Positions 9,179 to 19,315 of a DNA stretch of 64,000 nucleotides are shown one piece after another; the first letter of the stretch is position 1; each line of letters starts with the position of its first letter. Origin of the DNA: a bacterium (GTDB taxonomy: Bacteria; BMS3Abin14); assembly GCA_029210965.1 (NCBI GenBank), contig JARGFZ010000005.1, positions 37,901-101,900 of the forward strand, in the 5' to 3' direction. Both the position numbers and the translations under genes were made by a program. The notes under the pieces are model-generated. The model did no database searches. It was not told where the DNA came from and was given only the letters and a program-made list of their open reading frames with translations.

Positions 9179-10096
9179 ATGTTATCTATTCTCGAGAACA
9201 TATCCCCGGTATTCCTGGTTATCCTGCTTGGCTTTGGGTCGCGAAGATTGGGGTTTCTACCGGATATCTTCATCAGTTCCGCCAACAGGCTGGTGTATTT
9301 CGTCGCCATTCCTCTTCTCGTTTACAATGAGATCTCCATGGGTACCTTCTCCGAGAGCTTCGACCTGCGGCAGATCGGCGGCACCTTTCTGGCAGTAGGA
9401 GCTGTGGGAACAGCTGCCTATCTACTGGCCAGAACCCTCAAACTGGCCCCTGACAGAACCGCCACCTTTGTCCAGACTTCCTTTCACGGGAACCTGGGCT
9501 ACGTAGGCCTTGCGGTCGTCTTTTATACTCTGGGGCCGGAAGGCCGGGGGGCGGCCAGTGTTCTGGCTGGCTTCCTCATCCTTTTCCAGAACGTGATGTC
9601 CATCGGAATGTTCACCTTCGTGGCATCGGGTGATCAGAAGATCGATTTCAAGGCGATGGGCAAATTCCTGGGCAACCCCATCATACTGGCCACCCTGCTG
9701 GGACTATTCTCGTCTGCAGCCGGGGTCAGGGTACCTCATTTTCTGGAACGCTCTTTTGGCATTGTGGGAGACATGGCACTGCCCCTGGCTCTCCTTATCA
9801 TTGGGGGATCTCTGAAAACCGCCCCCGGCAAAAGGATTCAACTGGTGACTTTTTCTACCACCTTCAAGCTGCTTTTTCTGCCCTTGATCGGTTTTTTTCT
9901 TTTCAGAGGTATGGGAGTAGGACCGGTCCAGGCCGAGACCGCTGTCATCCTTCTCGCCGCCCCTTCAGCAACAGTGACCTATATTATGGCATCGGAAATG
10001 GGGGGAGAACCCGAACTTGCCGCAGCATCGGTGACTATCAGCACTATTGTTTCCATCGCCACCTTTACAGTGTGGATAGCGGTATTGGGTGTTTAA
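9179..10096 (+). CDS. AEC-family (auxin efflux carrier-like) permease
   Basis: 305 aa polytopic membrane protein. N-terminus MLSILENISPVFLVILLGF..LGFL is typical of AEC transporters. Confidence 0.75.
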   Translation: MLSILENISPVFLVILLGFGSRRLGFLPDIFISSANRLVYFVAIPLLVYNEISMGTFSESFDLRQIGGTFLAVGAVGTAAYLLARTLKLAPDRTATFVQTSFHGNLGYVGLAVVFYTLGPEGRGAASVLAGFLILFQNVMSIGMFTFVASGDQKIDFKAMGKFLGNPIILATLLGLFSSAAGVRVPHFLERSFGIVGDMALPLALLIIGGSLKTAPGKRIQLVTFSTTFKLLFLPLIGFFLFRGMGVGPVQAETAVILLAAPSATVTYIMASEMGGEPELAAASVTISTIVSIATFTVWIAVLGV

Positions 10097-10100
10097 TATA

Positions 10101-10189
10101 ATTCAGGATTGAGGATTAAGAATTGAGGAATCACGGTGTGCGCTCTGGCTCTTAATTTTCAATGCTCAATTCGGAATCCTGAATCACGG
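10101..10189. repeat. inverted pair of heptamer arrays (GATTGAG/GAATTGA type)
   Basis: ATTCAGGATTGAGGATTAAGAATTGAGG ... CTTAATTTTCAATGCTCAATTCGGAATCCTGAAT. Outer 10-bp and inner 8-bp stems are perfect. The right arm runs into the RBS of the next gene. Confidence 0.85.
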
Positions 10190-10197
10190 AGGATCCT

Positions 10198-10731
10198 ATG
10201 CGCATCGAATGGAACGATTATTACAAAGACAAACTCATCGAGGCTGCCAAAGAGATGGCCCTGACTGCGAGGACGGCCCCCAAGGCTCGGGGGCGCGATC
10301 AACTTCACATCCTGATCCTCACAGACGATGACAAGGACGCACTCTCCGACCAGATGAACCGGATCGGAGAGGAGGAGAACATTGAATTTTTCATTCGCGA
10401 CGCCAAAAATCTGAGAAGCGCCCCTGTGATACTGCTTCTGGGAACGGAGGTGAGTCCACTGGAGATCCCCCATTGCGGGTTCTGCGAATTCGCTGACTGC
10501 CAGGAAAACCGTGAGAATGATTCTGTGCCCTGCGCTTTTTCTATTGGTGATCTGGGAATCGCCGTAGGGTCAGCAGCAGCTTATGCTGCGCGGAACCACA
10601 TCGACAACCGGATCATGTTCTCAGCCGGCAAAGCTTCCCTGGAACTGGGCTGCTTTCCTGGACCGGTAAAGGTGGCCTTTGGTATTCCACTTTCCGCAAC
10701 GGGAAAGAATCCGTTTTTTGACAGAAAATAA
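10198..10731 (+). CDS. DUF2148-family protein (ferredoxin-like Cys motif)
   Basis: 177 aa. LTARTAPKARG, CGFCEFADC, GDLGIAVGSA, GIPLSATGKNPFFDRK match my recollection of DUF2148 proteins. Confidence 0.65.
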   Translation: MRIEWNDYYKDKLIEAAKEMALTARTAPKARGRDQLHILILTDDDKDALSDQMNRIGEEENIEFFIRDAKNLRSAPVILLLGTEVSPLEIPHCGFCEFADCQENRENDSVPCAFSIGDLGIAVGSAAAYAARNHIDNRIMFSAGKASLELGCFPGPVKVAFGIPLSATGKNPFFDRK

Positions 10732-10736
10732 AGGGT

Positions 10737-10856
10737 CAGTGAAGTGTGAACCGTGAAAAGTGGACGGTTAACGGAAACCACCGATTGAGGATTCCGAATT
10801 GATAATTGAGGGATTTAAAACGTACGCTTTCGCTCTAATTCTCAATCCTCAATGTG
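10737..10856. repeat. heptamer arrays (GTGAACC type, then GATTGAG type with inverted partner)
   Basis: CAGTGAAGTGTGAACCGTGAAAAGTGG; GATTGAGGATTCCGAATTGATAATTGAGG; inverted CTCTAATTCTCAATCCTCAATG. Confidence 0.8.
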
Positions 10857-10913
10857 AAATACGCAATTAAATCGATTATTTTTTATTCTCCAATTTCCCG
10901 CTATTATACCCCC

Positions 10914-12407
10914 ATGCTGGAACAAGCCACGGAACAATTCTCGGACCCCCCTGCTGGAACTATCGAACATGGAAAGTCCAGGCTGACCGTTATTTTCTGG
11001 TCGGTTTTGGGAATTACCACTCTTATCCGTCTCGCTTATGCCCTGAAGCTGCCTCTCACAGGAGACGAGGCCTATTTCTAGGAGTGGGGACGACACCCCG
11101 CCCTTGGCTATTATGACCACCCGCCGATAGCCGGATGGATCCTCTGGTTTACCAGGCAGATCCTGGGGGACACCATCGTGGCCATCCGTATTCCAGCGGT
11201 ATTCACCGGAACCATGGTGGTGGCCGTCATTCACAGATTCACCCTGGATATCACCAGATCCAAGAGATCAGCGGCGCTAACAGGGCTGCTTGCCATGGGC
11301 ATACCTGTCATCAGTGTCCCGGGCGTCCTCTACAGCACCGACACCCCTGTCCTGGCTGCCGGCACACTGGGCGGATATTTTTTTCACAGGGCCGTCAACC
11401 GGGGTGATAAAAGGGCCTGGCTCTGGACCGGTTTGTGCTTCGCCATCGTTCTTGGAAGCTAGTTTCTGGGCATTCCTCTCCTCGGCGCCGCCGCGCTTTA
11501 CATACTTCTCAACCCCGGAGGCAGGAAGCACCTGAAGACCCCCGGCCCTTATGTGGCAGCGGCACTATCACTTCTTGGAATCATACTGGTTGTCATATGG
11601 AACGCCTCTAATGAATGGGCCACCTATACCTTTAACTTTGCCTCTCGGCACTCTTCGCCGTCCCTGAACCTGATGGGCGTTCTGGATTATCTGGCGGGGC
11701 AGGCCCTTGCATTGAGTCCCCTTGTATTTCTGCTTGCAATACCACTCCTTGCTGCCGCAATTTTGGTATGGAAAGATGATGGAGAGAAGGGGAGAAAGGT
11801 TGCTGCTTTCCTCGCCTTAGCCCCCCTTGCCGCTTTCCTCCCTCTGAGCCTTATCACAAAAATAGGTGCCCACTGGCCGGGTGTGGCGGTGCCGTTTCTC
11901 ACAGTTGCCCTTGGAGCGAAGTTGTCTGCTGGAACGAAAACAACAAAAACCTTCATTGCCACCACTGCGACAGCATGGGTCATCACCTTGATTATTTTCA
12001 TGGTACCCCTTGCTCCCTATTTACTTCCCAGGGACTGGGCCTATCCCCTGGGGCCTGGAATAAATACGGCACAGTTAAGAAAAATAATGAGTTCGCCAAC
12101 AGATTACGGAAAAATGGCAGGAGTGGTTTTGAAGGAGTTGAGCCAGGAGGGAGAGTTTTTTGTTTTCACAAAGTCCTCTGCTCTTTCATCCCTGCTGGCT
12201 TTCTATGTGCCTGATCACCCCCAGGTAACGGTACTTGGAAGGGGCAGCGTTCACGGAAGAAATCATTTACTCTGGTTCAACCCTACGGAACACACCAGCA
12301 CAAATGCCCTTTTCGTCACCTACAAGCCTGCTTCAGCTGAAAAAGGCTTTATTGAAGAGCGGTTCAAAATCTGGGAAGCGGTGATTGAAGCCGATGGGCC
12401 GGATTAA
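10914..12407 (+). pseudogene. GT39 / ArnT-like membrane glycosyltransferase interrupted by two in-frame TAG codons
   Basis: ORFs 10854-11081, 11178-11462 and 11553-12407 share one frame. Read-through gives ..LTGDEAYF*EWGRHPALGYYDHPPIAGW.. and ..AIVLGS*FLGIPLL.. . TAG at 11079-11081 and 11460-11462. No frameshift. Confidence 0.7.
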
Positions 12408-12450
12408 AGCCTGATATCGATCATAAAGTGTTATGGGTATAAGGGAGTTC

Positions 12451-12537
12451 GGTGATCCGTGAACTGTGAACCGTGAACTGTGAAATGAGATTTCTCCCCG
12501 ATACTCCGTTACCCCGACACCCCGATAACCCCATACG
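12451..12537. repeat. heptamer arrays (GTGAACN x5, then CCGATAC/CCGACAC words)
   Basis: GGTGATCCGTGAACTGTGAACCGTGAACTGTGAAATG ... CTCCCCGATACTCCGTTACCCCGACACCCCGATAACCCCATACG. Confidence 0.85.
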
Positions 12538-12540
12538 TAA

Positions 12541-12597
12541 AAGCCCCTGGAGGTTCATCTCCAGGGGCTTTTACAAACGGCCGGGAACCTCCCGGCC
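12541..12597. terminator. two hairpins between convergent genes
   Basis: AAGCCCCTGGAG-GTTCAT-CTCCAGGGGCTT followed by TTT, and GGCCGGGA-ACC-TCCCGGCC. They lie between the GT39 gene (+) and the SEC-C gene (-). Confidence 0.65.
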
Positions 12598-12608
12598 ATT
12601 AATCACCC

Positions 12609-12782
12609 TCACGAACTTGTCCTGCAGGCATCCGCTTTAATACGGTCCCGGGTTCTATCTTTATCGATATGACACCTCTTGTACTTCTTCCCGCTCCCGC
12701 ACCAGCAGTCGTCGTTCCTGGCCAGCTGATGGGCCGGACGCTGGGTACCGTTACTGAACAGTTTCTTTATTGCGCTGATCAC
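12609..12782 (-). CDS. small SEC-C motif (zinc-binding) protein
   Basis: 57 aa from GTG 12782, with AGGAGG 5 nt upstream. C-terminal CWCGSGKKYKRCH SEC-C metal-binding motif. The upstream part of the listed 95-aa ORF runs through repeat DNA. Confidence 0.5.
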   Translation of the reverse strand: MISAIKKLFSNGTQRPAHQLARNDDCWCGSGKKYKRCHIDKDRTRDRIKADACRTSS

Positions 12783-12828
12783 ATGAACCTCCTGAAAAGC
12801 AGTGAAATATGAAGTGTGAACCCTTCGA

Positions 12829-12845
12829 TCACGCCGCCGGCGTGA
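12829..12845. promoter_or_regulatory. TCACGCC-N3-GGCGTGA palindrome
   Basis: GATCACGCC GCC GGCGTGAC, about 50 nt upstream of the SEC-C gene start. Confidence 0.4.
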
Positions 12846-13034
12846 CTCGGGGCAGGCGGGGCAGGCAGTGGGTGGTGACAGGAAAACAAGACCCAATCAC
12901 CATGTTTTTATAATATTCTAAATACAGCACACCTGTCGGAATGTCAAGTGTGGGGCAAATTTCGAAACGGGGAACCGGCGAAGCGGATAATGACCTTACG
13001 ATCTTTCCCCCATACTCCCTCTCTCCCTCTCTCG

Positions 13035-13068
13035 AAAAAGCCTCGGAGAATAATCTCCGAGGCTTTTT
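13035..13068. terminator. bidirectional rho-independent terminator
   Basis: AAAAAGCCTCGGAGA-ATAA-TCTCCGAGGCTTTTT. Perfect 15-bp stem with A/T runs on both sides, 6 nt after the tRNA-Glu 3' end. Confidence 0.85.
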
Positions 13069-13073
13069 AATAT

Positions 13074-13151
13074 TGGCGTCCCCAACGGGATTTGAACCCG
13101 TGTCGCCGACGTGAAAGGCCGGTGTCCTGGGCCGGGCTAGACGATGGGGAC
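13074..13151 (-). tRNA. tRNA-Glu (anticodon UUC), CCA encoded
   Basis: Reverse complement GTCCCCATCGTCTAGCCCGG..CCGGCCTTTCACGTCGG..GGGTTCAAATCCCGTTGGGGACGCCA folds as a cloverleaf with anticodon loop CTTTCAC. Confidence 0.93.
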
Positions 13152-13178
13152 ATAAATTTTTTCTGCGAAAAAATTTAT
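13152..13178. other. perfect AT-rich palindrome abutting the tRNA-Glu 5' end
   Basis: ATAAATTTTTT-CTGCG-AAAAAATTTAT, 11-bp stem. Confidence 0.7.
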
Positions 13179-13205
13179 CTTAATTTCAGAAATCAGTTCT
13201 TCCAG

Positions 13206-13231
13206 ATATTTTTTCCTGCAGGAAAAAATAT
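13206..13231. other. perfect AT-rich palindrome abutting the tRNA-Lys 3' end
   Basis: ATATTTTTTCC-TGCA-GGAAAAAATAT, 11-bp stem. The last base is the first base of the tRNA CCA complement. Confidence 0.7.
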
Positions 13232-13307
13232 GGTGAGCCAGGAAGGATTCGAACCTTCGACCATCTGATTAAAAGTCAGGTGCTCTACCTGGCTGAGCTA
13301 CTGGCTC
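13231..13307 (-). tRNA. tRNA-Lys (anticodon UUU), CCA encoded
   Basis: Reverse complement GAGCCAGTAGCTCAGCCAGGTAGAGCACCTGACTTTTAATCAGATGGTCGAAGGTTCGAATCCTTCCTGGCTCACCA. Anticodon loop CTTTTAA. Confidence 0.92.
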
Positions 13308-13455
13308 GGGAAACGGTAATTCTTATTAAATATATGCTCTATTGTCAAGCTGAACTGCATCAATTCTCAAATTCCAAATTTCAAAGACAATGCTGTGACT
13401 CAGGTCCTGATATCTCTTTCGCCAGGTCGCCTGGTCGTGATTCGTTGGTCTTTCC

Positions 13456-13499
13456 CTCCGCGTCTCCGCGTCTCCGAGTCACCCTGTCACCGCGTCAGG
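13456..13499. repeat. heptamer array (CGCGTCT/CC type)
   Basis: CTCCGCGTCTCCGCGTCTCCGAGTCACCCTGTCACCGCGTCAGG. Confidence 0.8.
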
Positions 13500-13527
13500 C
13501 GGTTTCCCCAGCCCCCATACTGAGTTT

Positions 13528-14877
<1,350 letters not shown>

Positions 14878-14885
14878 TCACACCG

Positions 14886-14904
14886 ATCACGCCGCAGGCG
14901 TGAT
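14886..14904. promoter_or_regulatory. ATCACGCC-N3-GGCGTGAT palindrome
   Basis: ATCACGCC GCA GGCGTGAT, about 70 nt upstream of the purA start. Confidence 0.4.
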
Positions 14905-15013
14905 GACTCCCTTCCGTCGTCGCTAAAGATATGACGGACAGGCAACGGCCGAGGACGCCAGGAAGTACGATTCCGAATTGATAATTCAGGTCTGGTTTCT
15001 TGTTTATAAAAAG

Positions 15014-16246
15014 CTACAAATCCCTAATCTTACAAGGTATTTTCACGTTGTTCGCAGTATCGAAGATAGAAAGTCCATCTTCATCAAGGAGGAGCACCTG
15101 CCCAATATGATGGGCTTCAATATACGCGCCAAGCTCCTCATCAGGGATATCCCTTATCAAGCATAGAGTATTCCTGTTCCGACCGCGAAGCTCTACCGAA
15201 AGTTTCAGACCCTTCTCCCGGTCCGTGGTCCTGTTGACCAGGAGGTAATCCACGGCAGTTACTACTGTACCATGCCCGGATAGGATTTCCACCACCTCGA
15301 GAAGGTCGATGGCAAAACCGGTGGCTGGTGCCTGTCTTCCGTATTTCCCTGCCAGGTTGTCGTACCGGCCCCCTCTGAGTACAGCCCGACCAGCACCGGA
15401 AACGAAACCGGTAAAGACGACCCCTGTGTGGTAACGGAAGGCCGCCAGTTCACCAAGATCCACAGACAGATGATCGACCTTAACACCATAGGAACCAGCA
15501 AGAGAAAAAATCTCCCTGATGTTTTCAATGGCTGAGCGGCAAGTGTCGTTGGGTGCCACGGCCCAGGCCCGATCAAGGACATCCACAGTCCCGGTAAGCT
15601 CCGTGAGGACCAGGATGCCCTCCCGGACCCCGGCAGAAGTGTCGGTCTGCTCGAGGATCCTTTCCATTTCGCTGCGATCTTTTCGGCACGCCGCCTCAAC
15701 GATGAGGTCTTCAACAGATTTACCAAATGCGGTCTCTTCGAAAAGACCTCTTGCGTACTGGACTTGCCCGACGCTCATGCGGACACCGGACAACCCCATT
15801 TTCCTGAGAGCTTCCATCCCTACCGCAAGTACTTCGGCGTCGGCCTGTGGATCATCGATCCCCATCAGCTCAACCCCGGCCTGGATCATTTCGCGCCTTG
15901 GATGACTGGGATCTTCCGGATGCCTGAAGACATCAGCCAGGTAGGATAGCCTGAGAGGTAATGGGGTCCGTAAGAGGGCCAGAGAAGCCATCCTGGCGAC
16001 CTGGGGCGTTACATCCGACCGGAGCAGCATCATCTTACCGGTGCCCCGGTCTACAAGTTTAAAAGCCATGTCAAGTTCATCACTGTCAAGCCCGCGGGAC
16101 ATGGCATCCACGAACTCAAGGGAAGGGGTCCTGACCTCCTGGTATCCCCACAGCTGAAATACCCCCAGAACGACCTCCTCAACTTTACGAACGAAAGCCG
16201 CTCTTGACGGTGTCATCTCGAAAACACCGGCAGGAAGAAATAACAT
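15014..16246 (-). CDS. hisZ: ATP phosphoribosyltransferase regulatory subunit (HisRS paralogue)
   Basis: HisRS-like core (LPAGVFEM.., GGRYDNLAGKYGRQAPATGFAIDL), but motif 2 is degenerate (FRHPEDPSHPRREMIQAGVE). Lies next to purA. Start uncertain (ATG 16246, or upstream up to 16312). Stop is TAG. Confidence 0.7.
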   Translation of the reverse strand: MLFLPAGVFEMTPSRAAFVRKVEEVVLGVFQLWGYQEVRTPSLEFVDAMSRGLDSDELDMAFKLVDRGTGKMMLLRSDVTPQVARMASLALLRTPLPLRLSYLADVFRHPEDPSHPRREMIQAGVELMGIDDPQADAEVLAVGMEALRKMGLSGVRMSVGQVQYARGLFEETAFGKSVEDLIVEAACRKDRSEMERILEQTDTSAGVREGILVLTELTGTVDVLDRAWAVAPNDTCRSAIENIREIFSLAGSYGVKVDHLSVDLGELAAFRYHTGVVFTGFVSGAGRAVLRGGRYDNLAGKYGRQAPATGFAIDLLEVVEILSGHGTVVTAVDYLLVNRTTDREKGLKLSVELRGRNRNTLCLIRDIPDEELGAYIEAHHIGQVLLLDEDGLSIFDTANNVKIPCKIRDL

Positions 16247-16338
16247 ATTATCGATACTCTGCTTACTCAATTTCTCCACCTGTAAACACAGATAGGCGCA
16301 GGCCTGCACCATTAAACAGACCTGCGCCCGGTATGCGT

Positions 16339-17925
16339 CTAGAACTTGACCTTGGTCACCGTCTTGATGTGAGGCAGTTGGGAAAGTTCCTCCAGCACCT
16401 TTTCACCTGGTTCATCATCGATCTGCAGGAAGGAAAGGGCCTCACCGCCCGGTTTGTCCCTGCCGATCTGCATGCTGCCGATGTTTATACCATGGGCACC
16501 CAGAGTACTCCCCAGGTTGCCGATAACACCGGGTCGGTCCTCGTTGGAGAGGACCAGAACGTTGCCAACAGGGATCGCCTCCATGGAAAACGGCCCGATA
16601 CGGATGATCCTGGGCTCACGTCCCTCAAAGATAAAGCCTGCCGCTGATATCTCCTGACCCTTTGCGGTAAGGGTCACCTCAATCAGGTTACTGTAGTCCT
16701 CTTTATCGGAACTCTTCACCTCATTGAACTTAAGTCCCCGATCCTCGGCCAGAACCGATGCGTTGACGAAGTTGACAGCCCCGACTCCCAGTACCGGTTC
16801 CATAACCCCTTTCAGAACACTGATGGTGATGGGTTCGGTCGGCAAGTCCCTTACTGACCCGGCATATCTGATCTGGACCATCTCAGGCGCGAAATCGCCC
16901 AGCTGGGATGTCAGAGAGCCCAGTTTTTCACCAAGTTCCAAATAGGGCTGGACCTTGGGGAGTATTTCCCCGCTCACCGAGGGAACGTTTACGGCGTTGG
17001 TGATGGTTCCGGTCACGAGGTAATCTGCTATCTGATTTGCCACCGCGATGGCCACGTTCTCCTGTGCTTCTCCCGTGGACGCGCCAAGATGGGGCGTCAG
17101 TATGACGTTATCCAGGCCAAGGAGGGGGTTGTCAGCTTCCATGGGTTCTTTGGAGAACACGTCAAAGGCCGCACCTGCCACCAGCCCCTTCTTGAGAGCC
17201 TCAGCCATGTCGGCTTCATTAACGATCCCTCCACGAGCGCAGTTGATGATCCTGACGCCCGATTTCATTTTCTTGAACGCCTCCATGTTCAGCAGGTTCT
17301 GGGTCTCATCGGTCCTGGGTACATGAATACTGATAAAATCCGATCGTTTGTAAAATTCGTCGAGATCCACTAGTTCAATACCCAGGTTGACCGCGGCTTT
17401 TTCGCTCATGTAGGGATCGTAGGCGATAACCTGCATTTTGAGCCCCTGAGCGCGATCGGCCACAATGGAACCGATGTTGCCCACACCCACGATACCGAGG
17501 GTCTTGTTCATCAGTTCGACACCCATGAAAAGTTTCTTTTCCCACTTCCCCTGTTTCATGGTGGCATCGGCCTGGGGGATATACCTGGCCAGGGCGCACA
17601 TCATGGAGATGGCATGCTCAGCCGTAGTCACGGTGTTGCCGCCGGGGGTGTTCATTACAACGATTCCCCTTTTTGTGGCAGCAGGGATGTCCACGTTATC
17701 CACTCCGATACCGGCCCTTCCAACCACCTTGAGTCTGGAGGCCGCTTCGATGATCTCAGCCGTAACCTTGGTGGCGCTCCTGATCACCAGGCCATCGTAT
17801 TGGCCGATGATCTTCGCAAGTTCCTCAGGAGCCAGACCTGTATTGACGTCGACAGAGAGCCCTGGTGCCCTCTCGAGGATCTCCACACCAGCTACAGACA
17901 GTTTGTCGCTTACTAGTACCTTCAT
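16339..17925 (-). CDS. serA: D-3-phosphoglycerate dehydrogenase with C-terminal ACT domain
   Basis: 528 aa. NAD-binding GIVGVGNIGS. 2-hydroxyacid dehydrogenase catalytic region, long C-terminal ASB/ACT part. Stop is TAG. Confidence 0.92.
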   Translation of the reverse strand: MKVLVSDKLSVAGVEILERAPGLSVDVNTGLAPEELAKIIGQYDGLVIRSATKVTAEIIEAASRLKVVGRAGIGVDNVDIPAATKRGIVVMNTPGGNTVTTAEHAISMMCALARYIPQADATMKQGKWEKKLFMGVELMNKTLGIVGVGNIGSIVADRAQGLKMQVIAYDPYMSEKAAVNLGIELVDLDEFYKRSDFISIHVPRTDETQNLLNMEAFKKMKSGVRIINCARGGIVNEADMAEALKKGLVAGAAFDVFSKEPMEADNPLLGLDNVILTPHLGASTGEAQENVAIAVANQIADYLVTGTITNAVNVPSVSGEILPKVQPYLELGEKLGSLTSQLGDFAPEMVQIRYAGSVRDLPTEPITISVLKGVMEPVLGVGAVNFVNASVLAEDRGLKFNEVKSSDKEDYSNLIEVTLTAKGQEISAAGFIFEGREPRIIRIGPFSMEAIPVGNVLVLSNEDRPGVIGNLGSTLGAHGINIGSMQIGRDKPGGEALSFLQIDDEPGEKVLEELSQLPHIKTVTKVKF

Positions 17926-18075
17926 TCATTCCCTCCTGGCACGAAACGTTTGAACAAAAAGGCACTACGTTTCGTGTCTTGTAATACCGGGCAAAAGGAA
18001 TATTTCAAACTTGACCCTTGCCGTTGTTCCCCCTCAGGCTATTCGTTCTCTTTTACGCTGTGATCACTATTATTC

Positions 18076-18109
18076 ATAACAAAGGACCTCAATGAGGTCC
18101 TTTGTTATG
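18076..18109 (-). terminator. hairpin overlapping the aminotransferase stop codon
   Basis: CATAACAAAGGACCTC-AAT-GAGGTCCTTTGTTATG, perfect 16-bp stem. Confidence 0.7.
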
Positions 18110-19244
18110 ATACCAGTATCTCCTGGGCGGCTTTGACACCGGTTCCCAGTTTTACCGGCTGTCCGAGCTCTTTCAAGGTCATCTCGATGGCCGCCACTAC
18201 AGTGATCATGTCCAGTGCGTCCAGGTAACCCATGTGGGAAACACGAAAGATCTTGCCTTTGGCATCGTCCTGACCGCCAGCGATGGTGATCCCGTACCTG
18301 GTCGCCAGATGCTTGACGATAAGGCCGGCATCCATCCCATCCGGTCCCATGACCGCACTGACGGAATCCGACGGTGAATCAGGTGCGAAAAGCCTGAGTC
18401 CCAGTGCCTTCATACCCGCGCGGAAAGCATCAGCGTAGGAAGCGGACCTGGCAAAAAGCGCCTCAAGGCCTTCCTCACGGATCTCGGAAAGGACCTGCCT
18501 GAGACCAACGATGAGGGAAACGGCCGGTGTATAGGCTGTTGTGTTCTTGCCCAGGGCCTTTCTCTCCTTGTTCCAATCAAAATAGTACCTCGGCTGGGTG
18601 CACTTTTCCACAAAGCCCCATGCCTTTTCACTCACCGACGCGAAGGCAAGGCCCGGCGGCAGGCGCCACGCCTTCTGTGAGCCTCCTACAACGATATCCA
18701 GCCCCCACTCGTCCACCGGGAGGTTCATGACCCCGACACCGGTGATACCGTCTACTACGATGATGGTGTCATCGTATTTCTTGACGATATCGGCCACCTC
18801 TTTGACAGGACCCGCAACCCCGGTGGAGGTTTCGCTGGCCTGCATGTAGACCGCCCGTATGGAGGGATCGGCTTTAAGCTTTTCGGCGATAATAGAAGGA
18901 TCCACAGCCTGTCCCCACGGGACGTCGATGTCTATGGGCTGACCGCCGAACTTTGCCACCAGTTGAGACCAGCGCTCGCCGAACTTGCCGCCCCGCACGC
19001 AGATGGCCTTGTCACCGGGGTTCAGGATATTGCAGACAGCCCCCTCCATCGCGCCAGTCCCGGACGAGGCGAATATAAGCACCTCGCCTTTTGTCTGAAA
19101 TACGTACCTGAGACCCTCCACCACCTCCGCGACGATGGCCTCAAACTCTTTCGTCCTGTGGTGCAGGATGGGCCGAGCCATTTCGAGAGAAGTGTAGGGA
19201 GAAACATCTACCGGGCCGGGTGAATAGATCCTTTTCTTGATCAT
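18105..19244 (-). CDS. class-V (AGXT/SerC-type) aminotransferase, likely phosphoserine or serine-glyoxylate aminotransferase
   Basis: 379 aa from MIKKRIYSPGPVDVS. PLP-lysine context GGSQKAW. Lies immediately upstream of serA on the same strand. Confidence 0.8.
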   Translation of the reverse strand: MIKKRIYSPGPVDVSPYTSLEMARPILHHRTKEFEAIVAEVVEGLRYVFQTKGEVLIFASSGTGAMEGAVCNILNPGDKAICVRGGKFGERWSQLVAKFGGQPIDIDVPWGQAVDPSIIAEKLKADPSIRAVYMQASETSTGVAGPVKEVADIVKKYDDTIIVVDGITGVGVMNLPVDEWGLDIVVGGSQKAWRLPPGLAFASVSEKAWGFVEKCTQPRYYFDWNKERKALGKNTTAYTPAVSLIVGLRQVLSEIREEGLEALFARSASYADAFRAGMKALGLRLFAPDSPSDSVSAVMGPDGMDAGLIVKHLATRYGITIAGGQDDAKGKIFRVSHMGYLDALDMITVVAAIEMTLKELGQPVKLGTGVKAAQEILVS

Positions 19245-19315
19245 CGCCACTCTCCTGTCAGGGTGGTTAAAAGTGAAAAAGGCGGCCACTTCGTCCGCGG
19301 CGGCCCCTGAGGTTA

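Noticed and set aside
11079-11462. TAG read as pyrrolysine or a genome-wide amber reassignment
   Set aside because: TAG terminates at least six well-supported genes in this window (purA, hisZ, serA, porin, livH, mutase B12 subunit), and no pyl genes are present here. Local suppression cannot be excluded, so the locus is kept as a finding but not as recoding.
15014-16312. Histidyl-tRNA synthetase (hisS) assignment
   Set aside because: The motif-2 region is degenerate (FRHPEDPSHPRREMIQ instead of the FRYERPQ type) and the gene lies next to purA, which favours the HisZ paralogue. I am not fully certain without an alignment.
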